Positions 29,991 through 42,900 of a stretch of DNA of 64,000 bases are shown one piece after another. This stretch comes from Nitrosopumilus sp. (GTDB lineage Archaea; Thermoproteota; Nitrososphaeria; Nitrososphaerales; Nitrosopumilaceae): assembly GCA_965204345.1 (NCBI GenBank), contig OZ241981.1:352001-416000 (forward strand). The letters are read 5' to 3'. Below the pieces are notes generated by a model, which saw only the letters and a program-made list of their open reading frames with translations, was not told where the DNA came from and searched no databases. The position numbers and the translations under genes were made by a program. Positions within the stretch are counted from its first letter, which is position 1. The number at the start of each line of letters is the position of its first letter.

Positions 29991-30461
29991 ATGTCAAGTA
30001 ATGGGGAGGTTTTCCCAGAGATTATCCTAGCAAAACGGACAGGCAGGTATAGACTGCCAATGGACTTTGTAATAATATCAGCAGTTTTAACGTCAGTTAT
30101 TTTTGCATCATATCCAAGCATGTTAGGAATATGAGGAGGATAAGTTTTGGGCAAACAGCTTGCAGTATGCACTTACAAGCATTGTCTTTTTTGGGTATTG
30201 GGTTGTTTTGGAATACAAACGGGCAAAACAATCAGAAAGAAAATGTTGAACCTAAAGGCTGTGGATATCTCAGGGAAGAGTCCAACACTAAGGGCGGTTT
30301 TAATCAGCACGTTTGGAAAGTCATTTTTGCTCCCCATAGATGTCATTTTGGACCGGGTTCTTACTAGTGAAAAGAAGTAAATGGCATTTAGCAAGCTAGG
30401 GGACACAGTTGTCATAAAAATCATAAAGCAGAAATCGGATTTAAAATGCACAAAAGACTGA
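29991..30461 (+). pseudogene. RDD-family membrane protein pseudogene
   Basis: Fragments MSSNGEVFPEIILAKRTGR..DFVIIS / YALTSIVFFGYWVVLEYK / GKTIRKKMLNLKAVDISGKSP...LLPIDVIL...KK* / FSKLGDTVVIK in shifted frames with stops. Confidence 0.75.
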
Positions 30462-30763
30462 TCCTGTCAGGTTTTCTCAGCGGGTTGTTGTGAAGATTTT
30501 TCCAACAGAGCTACTAGTGATAGGGATATGCAGGATGGCATCTGAGAACAGCAAACAAGGGTGTTGGCAGTTGGGTTTGCCAGATGAGCTTCAAAAAGAC
30601 ATAGAATTTGTAGGATAGTTTGAAAAACCACAACACTCAAAAAAAAAATAAAGAGGTCATAAAGACGGTGTTACAATAAAAATTGGAACACGGCCTAATG
30701 TGCATAAGAGATAGTGTATCACTTGAAAAACAGATTCCCTTTGAGAATGTTCCTGTTATGACT

Positions 30764-30868
30764 GTCATTTGGGATTTGTGTCGTTGGTGCGTTCTCAGAG
30801 GGAACTGTGATTGTTTCAAGAAAAGGAATTGAAGTCATTTGGGATTTGTGTCGTTGGTGCGTTCTCAG
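30764..30868. repeat. 35-bp exact direct repeat flanking a 35-bp unique insert
   Basis: GTCATTTGGGATTTGTGTCGTTGGTGCGTTCTCAG at 30764-30798 and 30834-30868; insert AGGGAACTGTGATTGTTTCAAGAAAAGGAATTGAA. Confidence 0.92.
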
Positions 30869-30967
30869 GCCGGTTCATGCCGGCATCTGTCTATCAGATG
30901 ATCAGTGTTACACAGGCATTACCAAGTCTATTTGGTGAGAATATCTAGGACTAGTTTGTCCCAGTAA

Positions 30968-33900
30968 TTATGCAAATCCAAACAGGGAGCTAAAAAAGTC
31001 TTGGATTGCAGCAAAGAAGCCCTTTTGATCCTCGGAGCTGCTCTGCGAATCAGCAGGCACACATTCTCCGTTTACCAGCTGTGTTCCGGGGCCGCATGTT
31101 GACTCTTGATCATTGTTCTTATCTGTGCCGGTTTGAGGTGGTTCTGAATCCATCATTGTAGACGTCCCTGCTTCTGCTGTTGGTTCTGTGTCTGTCTTTT
31201 CATTCAAACCTGGTACCTGTGGTTCTGGGTCCATCTCTGTTTCCATAGCTGGTTCTGGGTCCATCTGGGTTTCCATAGCTGGTTCTGGGTCCATCTCTGT
31301 TTCCATAGCTGGTTCTGGGTCCATCTGGGTTTCCATAGCTGGTTCTGGGTCGGTCTTTATCAGCCCTTCTTCCTTCTTTTCATCCTCCTCATTCAGACCT
31401 GGTACCTGTGGTTCTGGATCCATCAGATCTTGTCCTGCTCCAGTCTGAGTATTGTTTGTAGATATGCTAGATCCAGATGAAGAGCCCGTTCCTGTGTTGA
31501 TCTCACTGCAAAGCTGGAGGCCACATATGCGCGAGTCAGGAGACTGGCCGCTGTTGCCTCCTCCTCCGCCGCCACCACCGCCGCCGCCACCGCCACCGCG
31601 GTTACCGCCAGAAGATGCGGATGGTGTAACAGCAGGCTGATCATCAGATACAGAGAATGAACCAAATGAGCTAAAGTGTGTGGTCCAGATGATCATATCA
31701 GAGCCGTCACGAACAAAACATGATTCCAACGCAGTGCCAGCTTCAAGATTAGTATTGGCAGTAGCCTGATTGACAGGAACAAACGGACATACAACCAGTG
31801 ATCGTGATTCTACAGCGCCATTAGTATTTTCTCCTGAGAAGAAGGCACCATCATGGCTTGCTTGTCCAGGCAATAGTAACCTGACTGCCTGATCAAATGT
31901 TAGTCTAGTGTTGCCATCACCTACAGAGAATGCCAGTCCTATCTCACCATTTGAGGTTGGAAGGTTAGTAACATCAGTAGAAAGTGATGGAACGGCAATA
32001 CGGCCAGTCCAATCACCAAATGAACCGGTTACAACGACATTAGCTGGATAGGTGACAGTTACTGTTTGAGAATCAGAGACAGCAGAAGTAACAACAGTCG
32101 CAGAATTAGAGATTGTCACACTCTTTACTCCGTTTGCACTATCATCAGCAAATGTTGGTGCGCCATTAAAGTTAATCAGTTGGCCATCAGTGGCAATAAT
32201 TGTGTCAGGTAATGTGTCATATACTACATTAAGGGTGATCAAATTTGAGGATGGCTCATATGTAGGTTGGCCATCAGGGCCTCCAAGCGGGATATCGGCC
32301 TCAATGTCATCTCCTGTAGTGTTGATGGTGACAGTAACTGGAGCAGATGTGGTGTTGGGGTTGCCTGCAAGGTCTGTTGCCACGTCTGCTGCTATTGATA
32401 CAATTACGGTTCCGTCTGATGAGCCGCGTGCCACATTAAAGGTGTAGACACTGCCAGTACCACCAATGTTGGATGCTGTGGGACTACCGCCGTTGGCAGT
32501 GCCTTCTACTGTAATGTCAGATAGGACAAAGTTCTGGACATCCTCGCTAAAGGTTGCAGTAAAGGTTACTGGATCATCACCAGTGGTGGTGCCATCAGCA
32601 GACGTGATGGTTACGGATGGCCTTACCATGTCCACAATGATAATATGTATAGCATCTGTGTTGCCACCCACTACTACATTGTCAGGTATTCTTACTGTCA
32701 GCTGACCTTCTAGAGTGATGCCGTGTGCGACTGTAAAGTCGTATTGGGTACCACTGGTTTCAGTAAAGGCAGTTATCAGGCTATTAGCTGCTGGAGTTCC
32801 GTCAATTTCCACACCGATGTCAGATTGTACAAATCCTGTGACATCCTCACTAAAGGTTGCAGTAAATGAGACGGCCTCAGAGTTTGTAGGATCAGCAGCA
32901 TTTGTGCTCAGGGATACGTATGGGACATCGGTGTTTATGGTAACGGTAACTGGAGCAGATGCGGTGTTGGGGTTGCCTGCAAGGTCTGCTGCTACGTCTG
33001 CTGCAATGGATACAATTACTGTTCCGTCAGAGGATATGCCTGCAACGTTAAAGGTGTATGTGCTGGCATCAACTGCTACAAAGTCAGTTGCTGTGAGGGT
33101 GCCGTTGTTGGCAGTGCCTGCTACTGTAATGTCAGATAGGACAAACTCTTCAACATCCTCTCTAAATTCTACTATAAATGGTACCGTATCAAGTCCGGTG
33201 CTGCTGCCTGCAGGTGAACTGACAGAGACTGTTGGGGCAGTGGTGTCTATTGTGACGGTAACTAAATTAGATGCGGTGTTGGGGTTGCCTGCAAGGTCTG
33301 CTGCCACGTCTGCTGCAATGGATGCAGTTACGGTTCCGTCTGTAGAGCCACGAGCAACATCAAAGGTGTATGTGCGGGCACCAACTGTTGCAAAGTTGGC
33401 TGCTACTGGAGCACCGCCGTTTGCGGTGCCTGCTACTGTAATGTCAGCCAGAACAAAGTTCTGAACAACCTCGCTAAAGGTTGCAGTAAAGGTTATGGTA
33501 TCAGAGTTGGTGAGATCATTGGCAGTTGTAGTTACAGAGACTGTTGGGACAATGGTGTCTAGGGTAACGGTAACTGGGGCAGATGCGGTGTTGGAGTTGC
33601 CTGCAAGATCTGCTGCCACGTCTGCTGCTATGGATGCAGTTACGGTTCCGTCTGAGGAGCCGCGAGCAACATCAAAGGTGTATGTGCGGGCATCAACTGT
33701 TGCAAAGTTGGCTGCTACTGGATTGCCGCCGTTGGCAGTGCCAGTTACTGTAATGTCACCTAGTTCAAAGTTCTGGACATCCTCGTTAAAGGTTGCAGTA
33801 AAGGTTACGGGGTCATCACCAGTAAGGGTGCCATCGGCAGGCGTGATGGTTACGGTTGGAACAAGAGTGTCTATTGTGACGGTAACTGGGGCAGATGCGG

Positions 33901-36900
33901 TGTTGGGGTTGCCTGCAAGGTCTGTTGCCACGTCTGCTGCAATGGATGGAGATACGGTTCCGTCTGTGGAGCCTCGAGCAACATCAAAGGTGTATGTGCG
34001 GGCATCAACTGTTGCAAAGTTGGCTGCTGCAGGAGCGCCGCCGTTGGCAGTGCCAGTTACTGTAATGTCAGCCACAACAAAGTTCTGGACATCCTCGTTA
34101 AAGGTTGCAGTAAAGGTTACGGGGTCATCACCAGTGATGGTGCCATCAGCAGGAGTAATGGTTACAGTTAGGGCAGTAGTATCTATTGTGACGGTAACTG
34201 GGGCAGATGCGGTGTTGGGGTTGCCTGCAAGATCTGCTGCCACATTTGCACCTATGGATGGAGTTACGGTTCCGTCTGTGGAGCCTCGAGCAACATCAAA
34301 GGTGTATGTGCGGGCATTAACTGTTGCAAAGTTGGCTGCTACTGGATTGCCGCCGTTGGCAGTGCCAGTTACTGTAATGTCAGCCACAACAAAGTTCTGG
34401 ATATCCTCGCTAAAGGTTGCAGTAAAGGTTACGGGGTCATCACGGGTGGTGGTGCCATCGGCAGGTGTGATGGTTACGGTTGGAACAAGAGTGTCTATTG
34501 TGACGGTAACTGGGGCAGATGCGGTGTTGGGGTTGCCTGCAAGGTCTGTTGCCACGTCTGCTGCAATGGATGCAGTTATGGTTCCGTCTGTGGAGCCGCG
34601 AGCAACATCAAAGGTGTATGTGCGGGCATCAACTGTCTGGAAGTTTTCTGCTGTGAGGGTGCCGTCGTTAGCAGTACCAGTTACTGTAATGTCAGCTAGG
34701 ACAAAGTTCTCAACGTCCTCGCCAAATGTTGCAGTAAATGTTACTGGGTCATCGTTGGTGCGAGTGCCATCGGCAGGTGTGATGATTACGGATGGATCTA
34801 TTCTGTCCACTGTGAGTGTATGAGTATTTGCTGTGTTGCCCTCTACTACCGCATCGTCAGGTATGGTTACTGTCAGCTGTCCTTCTGCGGCGATGCCGTG
34901 TGTTACTGTAAAGGCATAGTCAGCACCGCTTCCACTAAAGGCAGTTATCAGGCTATTATCTGCTGTGGTTCCGTCAATTGCTACAACGATGTCAGATTGT
35001 ACAAATCCTGTGACATCCTCGTCAAATGTTGCAGTAAATGGTATGGTCTCAGAGTTGGTAGGATCAGCAGCAGTTGTGTCCAAGGATACTGATGGGACAG
35101 TGGTGTCTACGGTGACGGTAACTGGGGCAGATGCGGTGTTGGAGTTGCCTGCAAGGTCTGTTGCCACATCTGCTGCAATTGATGCAATTACTGTTCCGTC
35201 AGAAGATATGCCTGCAACGTTAAAGGTGTATGTGCGGGCATCAACTGTTGTAAAGCCGGATGCTGTGAGGGTGCCGCCGTTTGCGGTGCCTGCTAATGTA
35301 ATGTCATCTAGGACAAAGTTCTCAACGTCTTCGTCAAATGTTACTCTAAATGGTACCGTATCAAGTCCAGTGCTACTGCCTGTAGATGAACTAACAGAGA
35401 CAGTTGGGGCAAGAGTGTCTATTATGACAGTAACTGGGGCAGATGCGGTGTTGGAGTTGCCTGCAAGGTCTGTTGCTACGTCTGCTGCTATGGATGGAAT
35501 TATAGTTCCGTCTGTGGAGCCTCGAGCAACATCAAAGGTGTAGACACTTCCTGTTCCAAGAAGGTTGGTTGCTGCGGGACTGCCGCCGTTGGCAGTACCA
35601 GCTACTGTAATGTCAGTCAGGATAAAGTCCTCAACGTCCTTGCTAAATGTTGCCGTAAATGTTACCGTATCAGAGTTGGTGTTCTCTCCTACAGTTGTAG
35701 TCACAGAGACTGTTAGAGGAACGGTGTCTATTGTGAGAGTAACTGGGGCAGATGCGATGTTGGAGTTGCCTGCAAGGTCTGTTGCCACATTTGCTGCTAT
35801 GGATGCAGTTACGGTTCCGTCTGTGGTACCGCGAGCAACATCAAAGGTGTAGACACTTCCTTCACCATTAAGGTTGGATGCTACTGGACTGCCGCCGTTT
35901 GCGGTACCAGTTACTGTAATGTCAGCTAGCTCAAAGTTCTCAACGTCTTCACTAAAGGTTGCCGTAAACGTTACTGGGTCATCGCCAGTGGTAGTACCAT
36001 CGGCAGGTGTGATAGTTACAGTTGGGACTATTCTGTCCACTGTGAGTGTAGTTACAGTACTTGCTGTGTTACCCTCTACTACCGCATCGTCAGGTATGGT
36101 TACTGTCAGCTGTCCTTCTTCGGCGATGCCGTGTGTTACTGTAAAGGTATAGTCAGCACCGCTTCCACCAAATTCAGTTATCAGGCTGCCAGGTGTGGCT
36201 GGGTTTCCATCAATTGTCACTACAATGTCATCTGCGATAAATCCTGTGACGTCACTGCCAAATGTTGCCGTAAATTGTATGGCCTCAGAGTTGGTAGGAT
36301 CAGTTACATTAGTACTCAGAGATACGGTTGCAGCATCCAGATAGTTTATTGTAAGATCTGCTGTTGTATGCCTGTTTCCATCAGAGAAGGTTGCCTGTAC
36401 TGTACATGTTGATGCACCAGCAAAAGCATTGATAGGCTCAAAGTCAAACTGTCCGTTTGACAGGATGGTAGAGGTAAAGTCCGTACAGTCACTAGATGTG
36501 GGATCAGAGACTAGTGTCAGTGTGCCGTCATCTGTGTAATAATTGTTAATGTCAAGTGTAACCTTTCTGGGCTGGCTTGATAAGACATCAACTGTCAGCG
36601 GTGTTGCAGTACGTACTGGTGCGGCATCCAGTACGACAGATATGTTTACAGTGTATGCACCGCCTGTGCTGGTATATGTGCCATCAGAGATGTCAAAGGA
36701 GAGCGTACATGTCTCAGCAGCAGAGGATACAAACCTGAACGTATCAGAGCCAGCTGGTGGCTGCTGCGTCAGAGCTCCAGTACAGTCGTCTGATATGTTG
36801 GTGTATGATAGCGTATCACCATTAGGATCTGTAAAGTGGTCATCAAGTGAGAACTCTTGGTGTGGGTCTAATACAGGATGCTGCAGGGTTATGCCAGGCG

Positions 36901-39900
36901 ATACCGCAGGAACCGGAGGCAGTGTTGTGATAGTTATGGTAACTGAATTAGATGCAGTGTTGGGGTTGTCTGCAAGATCTCTTGCCACATCTCCTGCAAT
37001 TGATACGGTTACGGTTCCGTCTGTGGAGCCGCGAGCAACATCAAAGGTGTAGACACTGCCGTCTCCAAGAAGGTTGGATGCTACTGGACTGCCGCCGTTG
37101 ACAGTACCAGTTACTGTAATGTCAGATAGGACAAAGTTCTGGACATCCTCACTAAAGGTTGCCGTAAAGGTTACGGGGTCATCACCGGTGGTGGTACCAT
37201 CGACAGGTGTGATGGTTACAGTTGGATCTATTCTGTCCACTGTGAGTGTATGAGTATCTTCCGTGTTGCCCCCTGCTACCACACCATCAGGTATGGTTAC
37301 TGTCAGCAGTCCTTCTGCGGTGATGCCGTGTGTTACTGTAAAGGTGTATTCAGCACCGCTTCCACTAAAGGCAGTTATCAGGCCAGGTGTTTCGGTTCCG
37401 TCAATTTCCACAACAATATCAGACTGCTCGAATTGTGTGACACTCTCGCTAAATGCTGCAGTAAAGTCGACGGTATCAGAGTTGGTAGGATCAGCTGTAT
37501 CAGTGCGCAGTAATACTGATGGGACAGTGGTGTCTACGGTGACGGTAACTGGGGCAGATGCGGTGTTGGAGTTGCCTGCAAGGTCTGTTGCTATGTCTGC
37601 TGCAATTGATATGATTACTGTTCCGTCAGAAGATATGCCTGCAACGTTAAAGGTGTATGTGCGGGCATCAACTGTTGCAAAGCCGGATGCTGTGAGGGTG
37701 CCGCCGTTTGCGGTACCTGCTACTGTAATGTCATCTAGGACAAAGTTCTCAACGTCTTCGTCAAATGTTACTCTAAATGGTACCGTATCAAGTCCGGTGC
37801 TACTGCCTGTAGATGAACTGACAGAGACAGTTGGGGCAAGAGTGTCTATTATGACAGTAACTGGGGCAGATGCGGTGTTGGGGTTGTCTGCAAGGTCTGT
37901 TGCTACGTCTGCTGCAATGGATGGAATTACGGTTCCGTCTGTGGAGCCTCGAGCAACATCAAAGGTGTAGACATTTCCTGTTCCAAGAAGGTTGGATGCC
38001 ACTGGATTGCCGCCGTTTGCGGTACCAGTTACTGTAATGTCAGTCAGGATAAAGTCCTCAACGTCCTTGTTGAATGTTGCCGTAAATGTTACCGTATCAG
38101 AGTTGGTGTTCTCTCCTACAGTTGTAGTCACAGAGACTGTTAGGGGAACGGTGTCTATTGTGAGAGTAACTGAATTAGATTCGGTGTTGGGGTTGTCTGC
38201 AAGGTCTGTTAGCTCACCAACATCTATTGATACGGTCACGGTTCCGTCTGTCGAGCCGCGAGCAACATCAAAGGTGTAGACACTGCCGTCTCCAAGAAGG
38301 TTGGATGCCACTGGATTGCCGCCGTTTGCGGTACCTGCTACCGTAATGTCTCTTAGCTCAAAGTCCTTAACATCCTCGCTAAAGGTTGCCGTAAACGTTA
38401 CTGGGTCATCACCGGTGGTGGTACCATCGGCAGGTGTGATGATTACGGTTGGTCTTATTCTGTCCACGATAAGTGTATGAGTACTTGCCGTGTTGCCCTC
38501 TGCTACCGCATCGTCAGGTATGGTTACTGTCAGCTGTCCTTCTGCGGCGATGCCATGTGTTACTGTAAAGGTATAGTCAGTACCGCTTCCACTAAAGGCA
38601 GTTATCAGGTCAGGTGTTTCGGTTCCGTCAATTTCCACAACAATATCAGACTGCACGAATTGTGTGACATCCTCGCTAAATGTTGCAGTAAAGTTGACGG
38701 TATCAGAGTTGGTAGGATCAGTTACATCTGTACTCAGAGATACGGTTGCAGCATCCAGATAGTTTATTGTAAGCTCTGCAGTCGTGTGCCTGTTTCCATC
38801 AGAGAAGGTTGCCTGTACTGTACATGTTGATGCACTAGCAAAAGCATTGATAGGCTCAAAGTCAAACTGTCCGTTTGACAGGATGGTAGAGACAAAGTCC
38901 GTACAGTCACTAGATGTGGGGGCAGAGACTAGTGTCAGTGTCTGGGTATCTGTGTAATAATTGTTAATGTCAAGTGTAACCTTTCGGAGCTGGTTTGATA
39001 GGACATCAACTGTCAGCGGTGTTGCAGTACGTACTGGTGCGGCATCCAGTACCACAGATATGTTTACAGTGTAGGCACCACCAGTGCTGGCATCAGTGCC
39101 ATCAGAGATGTCAAAGGAGAGCGTACATGTCTCAGCAGCAGAGGATACAAACCTGAACGTATCAGAGCCAGCTGGTGGCTGCTGCGTCAGGGTTCCAGTA
39201 CAGTCATCTGATATATTGGTGTATGATAGCGTATCACCTTCGGGGTCTGTAAAGTGGGCATCAAGTGAGAACTCTTGGTGTGCGGCCAGTACAGGATGCT
39301 GTAGGGTTATGCCCGGTGTTACAGCAGGAACTGGTGGCAGTGTGTTGGTAGTTATGGTAACTGTAACTGAATTAGATGCAGCGTTGAGGTTGCCTGCAAG
39401 GTCTGTTGCTACATCTGCGGCTATGGATGCAGTTACGGTTCCATCCGTCGATCCTCGAGATACATCAAAGGTGTATGTGCGGGCATCAACTGTTACAAAG
39501 TTGGATGTCACGGGACTGCCACCGTTTGCAGTGCCAGATACTGTAATGTCACCTAGTTCAAAGTTCTGGACATCCTCATCAAATGTTGCAGTAAACGTTA
39601 CTGGGTCATCACCGGTAGTGGTGCCATCGGCATGTGTAATGGATACTGTGGGGTTTGCCCTGTCCACCGTAATACGAGATATATCACTAGCACTGCCACC
39701 ATCAGCTGCATCAGCAGGTATGACTACTACTAGCAGGCTTTCTGTGAGGCCGTGTGTGACTGTAAAGGTGTATTGGGCTCCCTCTCCCGCAAAGGAAGTT
39801 ATCAGGCCAGGTGTGGTGGTGGTTTCATCAATACGCACTATAATATCATCCTGATCAAATCCTGTGACAGCTCTGCCAAATGTTACCGTATATGGTATGG

Positions 39901-42900
39901 CCTCAAGGTTGGTGAGATCGCCTACATCCGTAGTCAGAGATACGGATGTACGATCCAGATAGTTTATTGTAAACGCTACAGGTGTAAGGTAGTTTCCATC
40001 AGAGAAGGTTGTCTGTACTGTGCATGTTAGCCCGCCAGTAGAGTCTTCTATGACCTCAAATGTAAACACACCACTGTCTGGTGAGGTAGATCTAAATGTA
40101 CAGTCATCAGAGGTTATAGTATTAAATATTGACAGTGACTTGTCATCTGTGTAATAGTCGTTAATGTCAATTGTAACTGTCCTAGACTGGTCTGATAGGA
40201 CATCAATTACCAGAGGCGTTGCAGTTCGTACGGGTGCGGGATTTTCTGTGACTACCAGCTCAAAAGAGTATGGCTGCCCCGTGCTTTGCGTCGTGCCGTC
40301 TGAGATGTCAAAGGATATCACACATGTAGTGCCGACATCACGTGCGAAGGGAGCAATTTGCATGTTATGATTGTCTAGCAGTGTAACATCCAAGGTGACA
40401 CCAGCAGCGCAGCTTGAGAAATTATTGAAAGACAGCGTGTCAAATTCAGGATCCTCAAAGTGGTCACGCAGTGAAATTTGCGGATCTGTTATGCTTGGAT
40501 ATTCTACTATTGCAGATGGTACGGATGCAGGTATTGGTGGCAGTAGGTTAGTTACGGTAGATAACACACGGTATGAGGATGTAAACTGTTCTGTTGCAGA
40601 GCCGTCTGTCACATCAAAGGTAAAGCTACAGTCTTCAGGATACGTCACCGCGTTGTTTGGCGTTGCAGTAACGGTAAAGGCACCCGTCGGATTTACAGTC
40701 ACGCTAGATGACTGGCATGCATTGTTATCTAGGGTATAGGACAGGGTATCATCATCCGGATCTGCAATGTTGGTAGCTAGGTTGCCTGTGTGTGTCTCAT
40801 CAATATTAAATGAAAAACTAGATACAGTTCCAGCAGGAATACGGTTGACATCTGTGACAGTCAGTGTAAATGACCCAGTAATGGTATCAGCACCATCATC
40901 TAGCTGATATTCTACCTGGATTTCAGTAGAGAGGTCAAAGTTATCCCTTATGCTGGTGCCAGTTGGGGGATGAGCCACTACATCAAAAGGTATGTTGCCT
41001 GTGACTAGTCCATCCAAATTTATGCTCAGATAACTATGACCGGTACTTATGAGACCGACATCAGCGGGGAAAAAGTTAGCAGGTAATGATACCTGATGTG
41101 AAAGAGATTCACCCTCTGCAACAGTTACGGTTGGAAGGCTAAGATAATTTATTGTAATCTCTGTATCTGTGTGCCTGTTTCCATCAGAGAAGGTTGCCTG
41201 TACTGTACATGTTGATGCACTAGCAAAAGCATTGATAGGCTCAAAGTCAAACTGTCCGTTTGACAGGATGGCAGAGTTAAAATCTGTACAGTCATCAGAT
41301 GTGGGATCAGAGACTAGTGTCAGTGTCTTGGCATCAGTATAATAGTCATTAATGTCAAGTGTAACCTTTCGGGGCTGGTCTGCTGGGACATCAACTGTCA
41401 GGGGTGTTGCAGTACGTACGGGTGCGGCATCCAGTACCACAGATATGTTTACAGTGTAGGCACTGCCAGTGCTGGCAATAGTGCCATCAGAGATGTCAAA
41501 GGAGAGCGTACATGTCTCAGCAGCAGAGGATACAAACCTGAACGTATCAGAGCCAGCTGGTGGCTGCTGCGTCAGGGTTCCAGTACAGTCATCTGATGGA
41601 TTGGTGTATGATAGCGTATCGCCATTAGGGTCTGTAAAGTGGTCATCAAGTGAGAACTCTTGGTGTGCGGCCAGTACTGGGTGCTGTAGGGTTATGCCAG
41701 GTGTTACAGCAGGAACCGGTGGCAGTGTGTTGGTAGTTATGGTAACTGTAACTGAATTAGATGCGGTGTTGGGGTTGCCTGCAAGGTCTGCTGCCACGCC
41801 TGCGGCAATGGATGCAGTTACGGTTCCGTCTGTCGAGCCTCGAGCAACATCAAAGGTGTATGTGCGGGCATCAACTGTTACAAAGTTGGATGTCACGGGA
41901 CTGCCGCCGTTTGCAGTGCCTGCTACTGTAATGTCACCTACCACAAAGTTCTGGACAGCCTTGCTAAATGTTGCAGTAAACGTTACGGGGTCATCACCGG
42001 TGGTGGTACCATCGGCTGGTGTGATGGTTACTGATGGAACAAGAGTGTCTATTGTGACGGTAACTGAATTAGATGCGGTGTTGGGGTTGCCTGCAAGGTC
42101 TGCTGCCACGCCTGCGGCAATGGATGCAGTTACGGTTCCGTCTGTCGAGCCTCGAGATACATCAAAGGTGTATGTGCGGGCATCAACTGTTACAAAGTTG
42201 GATGTCACGGGACTGCCGCCGTTTGCAGTGCCTGCTACTGTAATGTCACCTACCACAAAGTTCTGGACAGCCTTGCTAAATGTTGCAGTAAACGTTACGG
42301 GGTCATCACCGGTGGTGGTACCATCGGCTGGTGTGATGGTTACTGATGGAACAAGAGTGTCTATTGTGACGGTAACTGAATTAGATGCGGTGTTGGGGTT
42401 GCCTGCAAGGTCTGCTGCCACGCCTGCGGCAATGGATGCAGTTACGGTTCCGTCTGTCGAGCCTCGAGATACATCAAAGGTGTATGTGCGGGCATCAACT
42501 GTTACAAAGTTGGATACAGCAGGATTGCCGCCGTTTGCAGTGCCTGCTACTGTAATGTCACCTACCACAAAGTTCTGGACATTCTCGCTAAATGTTGCAG
42601 TAAACGTTACGGGGTCATCACCGGTGGTGGTACCATCGGCAGGTGTGATGGTTACTGATGGGTTTGTCCTGTCCACGGTGAGTGTAGTAGTAGCACTTGC
42701 CGTGTTGCCCTCGGGGGTCACATTGGCAGGTATGGTTACTGTTAGCTGGCCTTGTGTGGTAATGCCGTGTGTTACTGTAAAGGCATAGTCAGCACCGCTT
42801 CCACTAAATGCAGATATCAGACCCGGTGTGTCAGTTCCGTTAATTGCCACTACAATGTCATCCCGGATGAATTCTGTGACATCCTCGCTAAATGTTGCAG

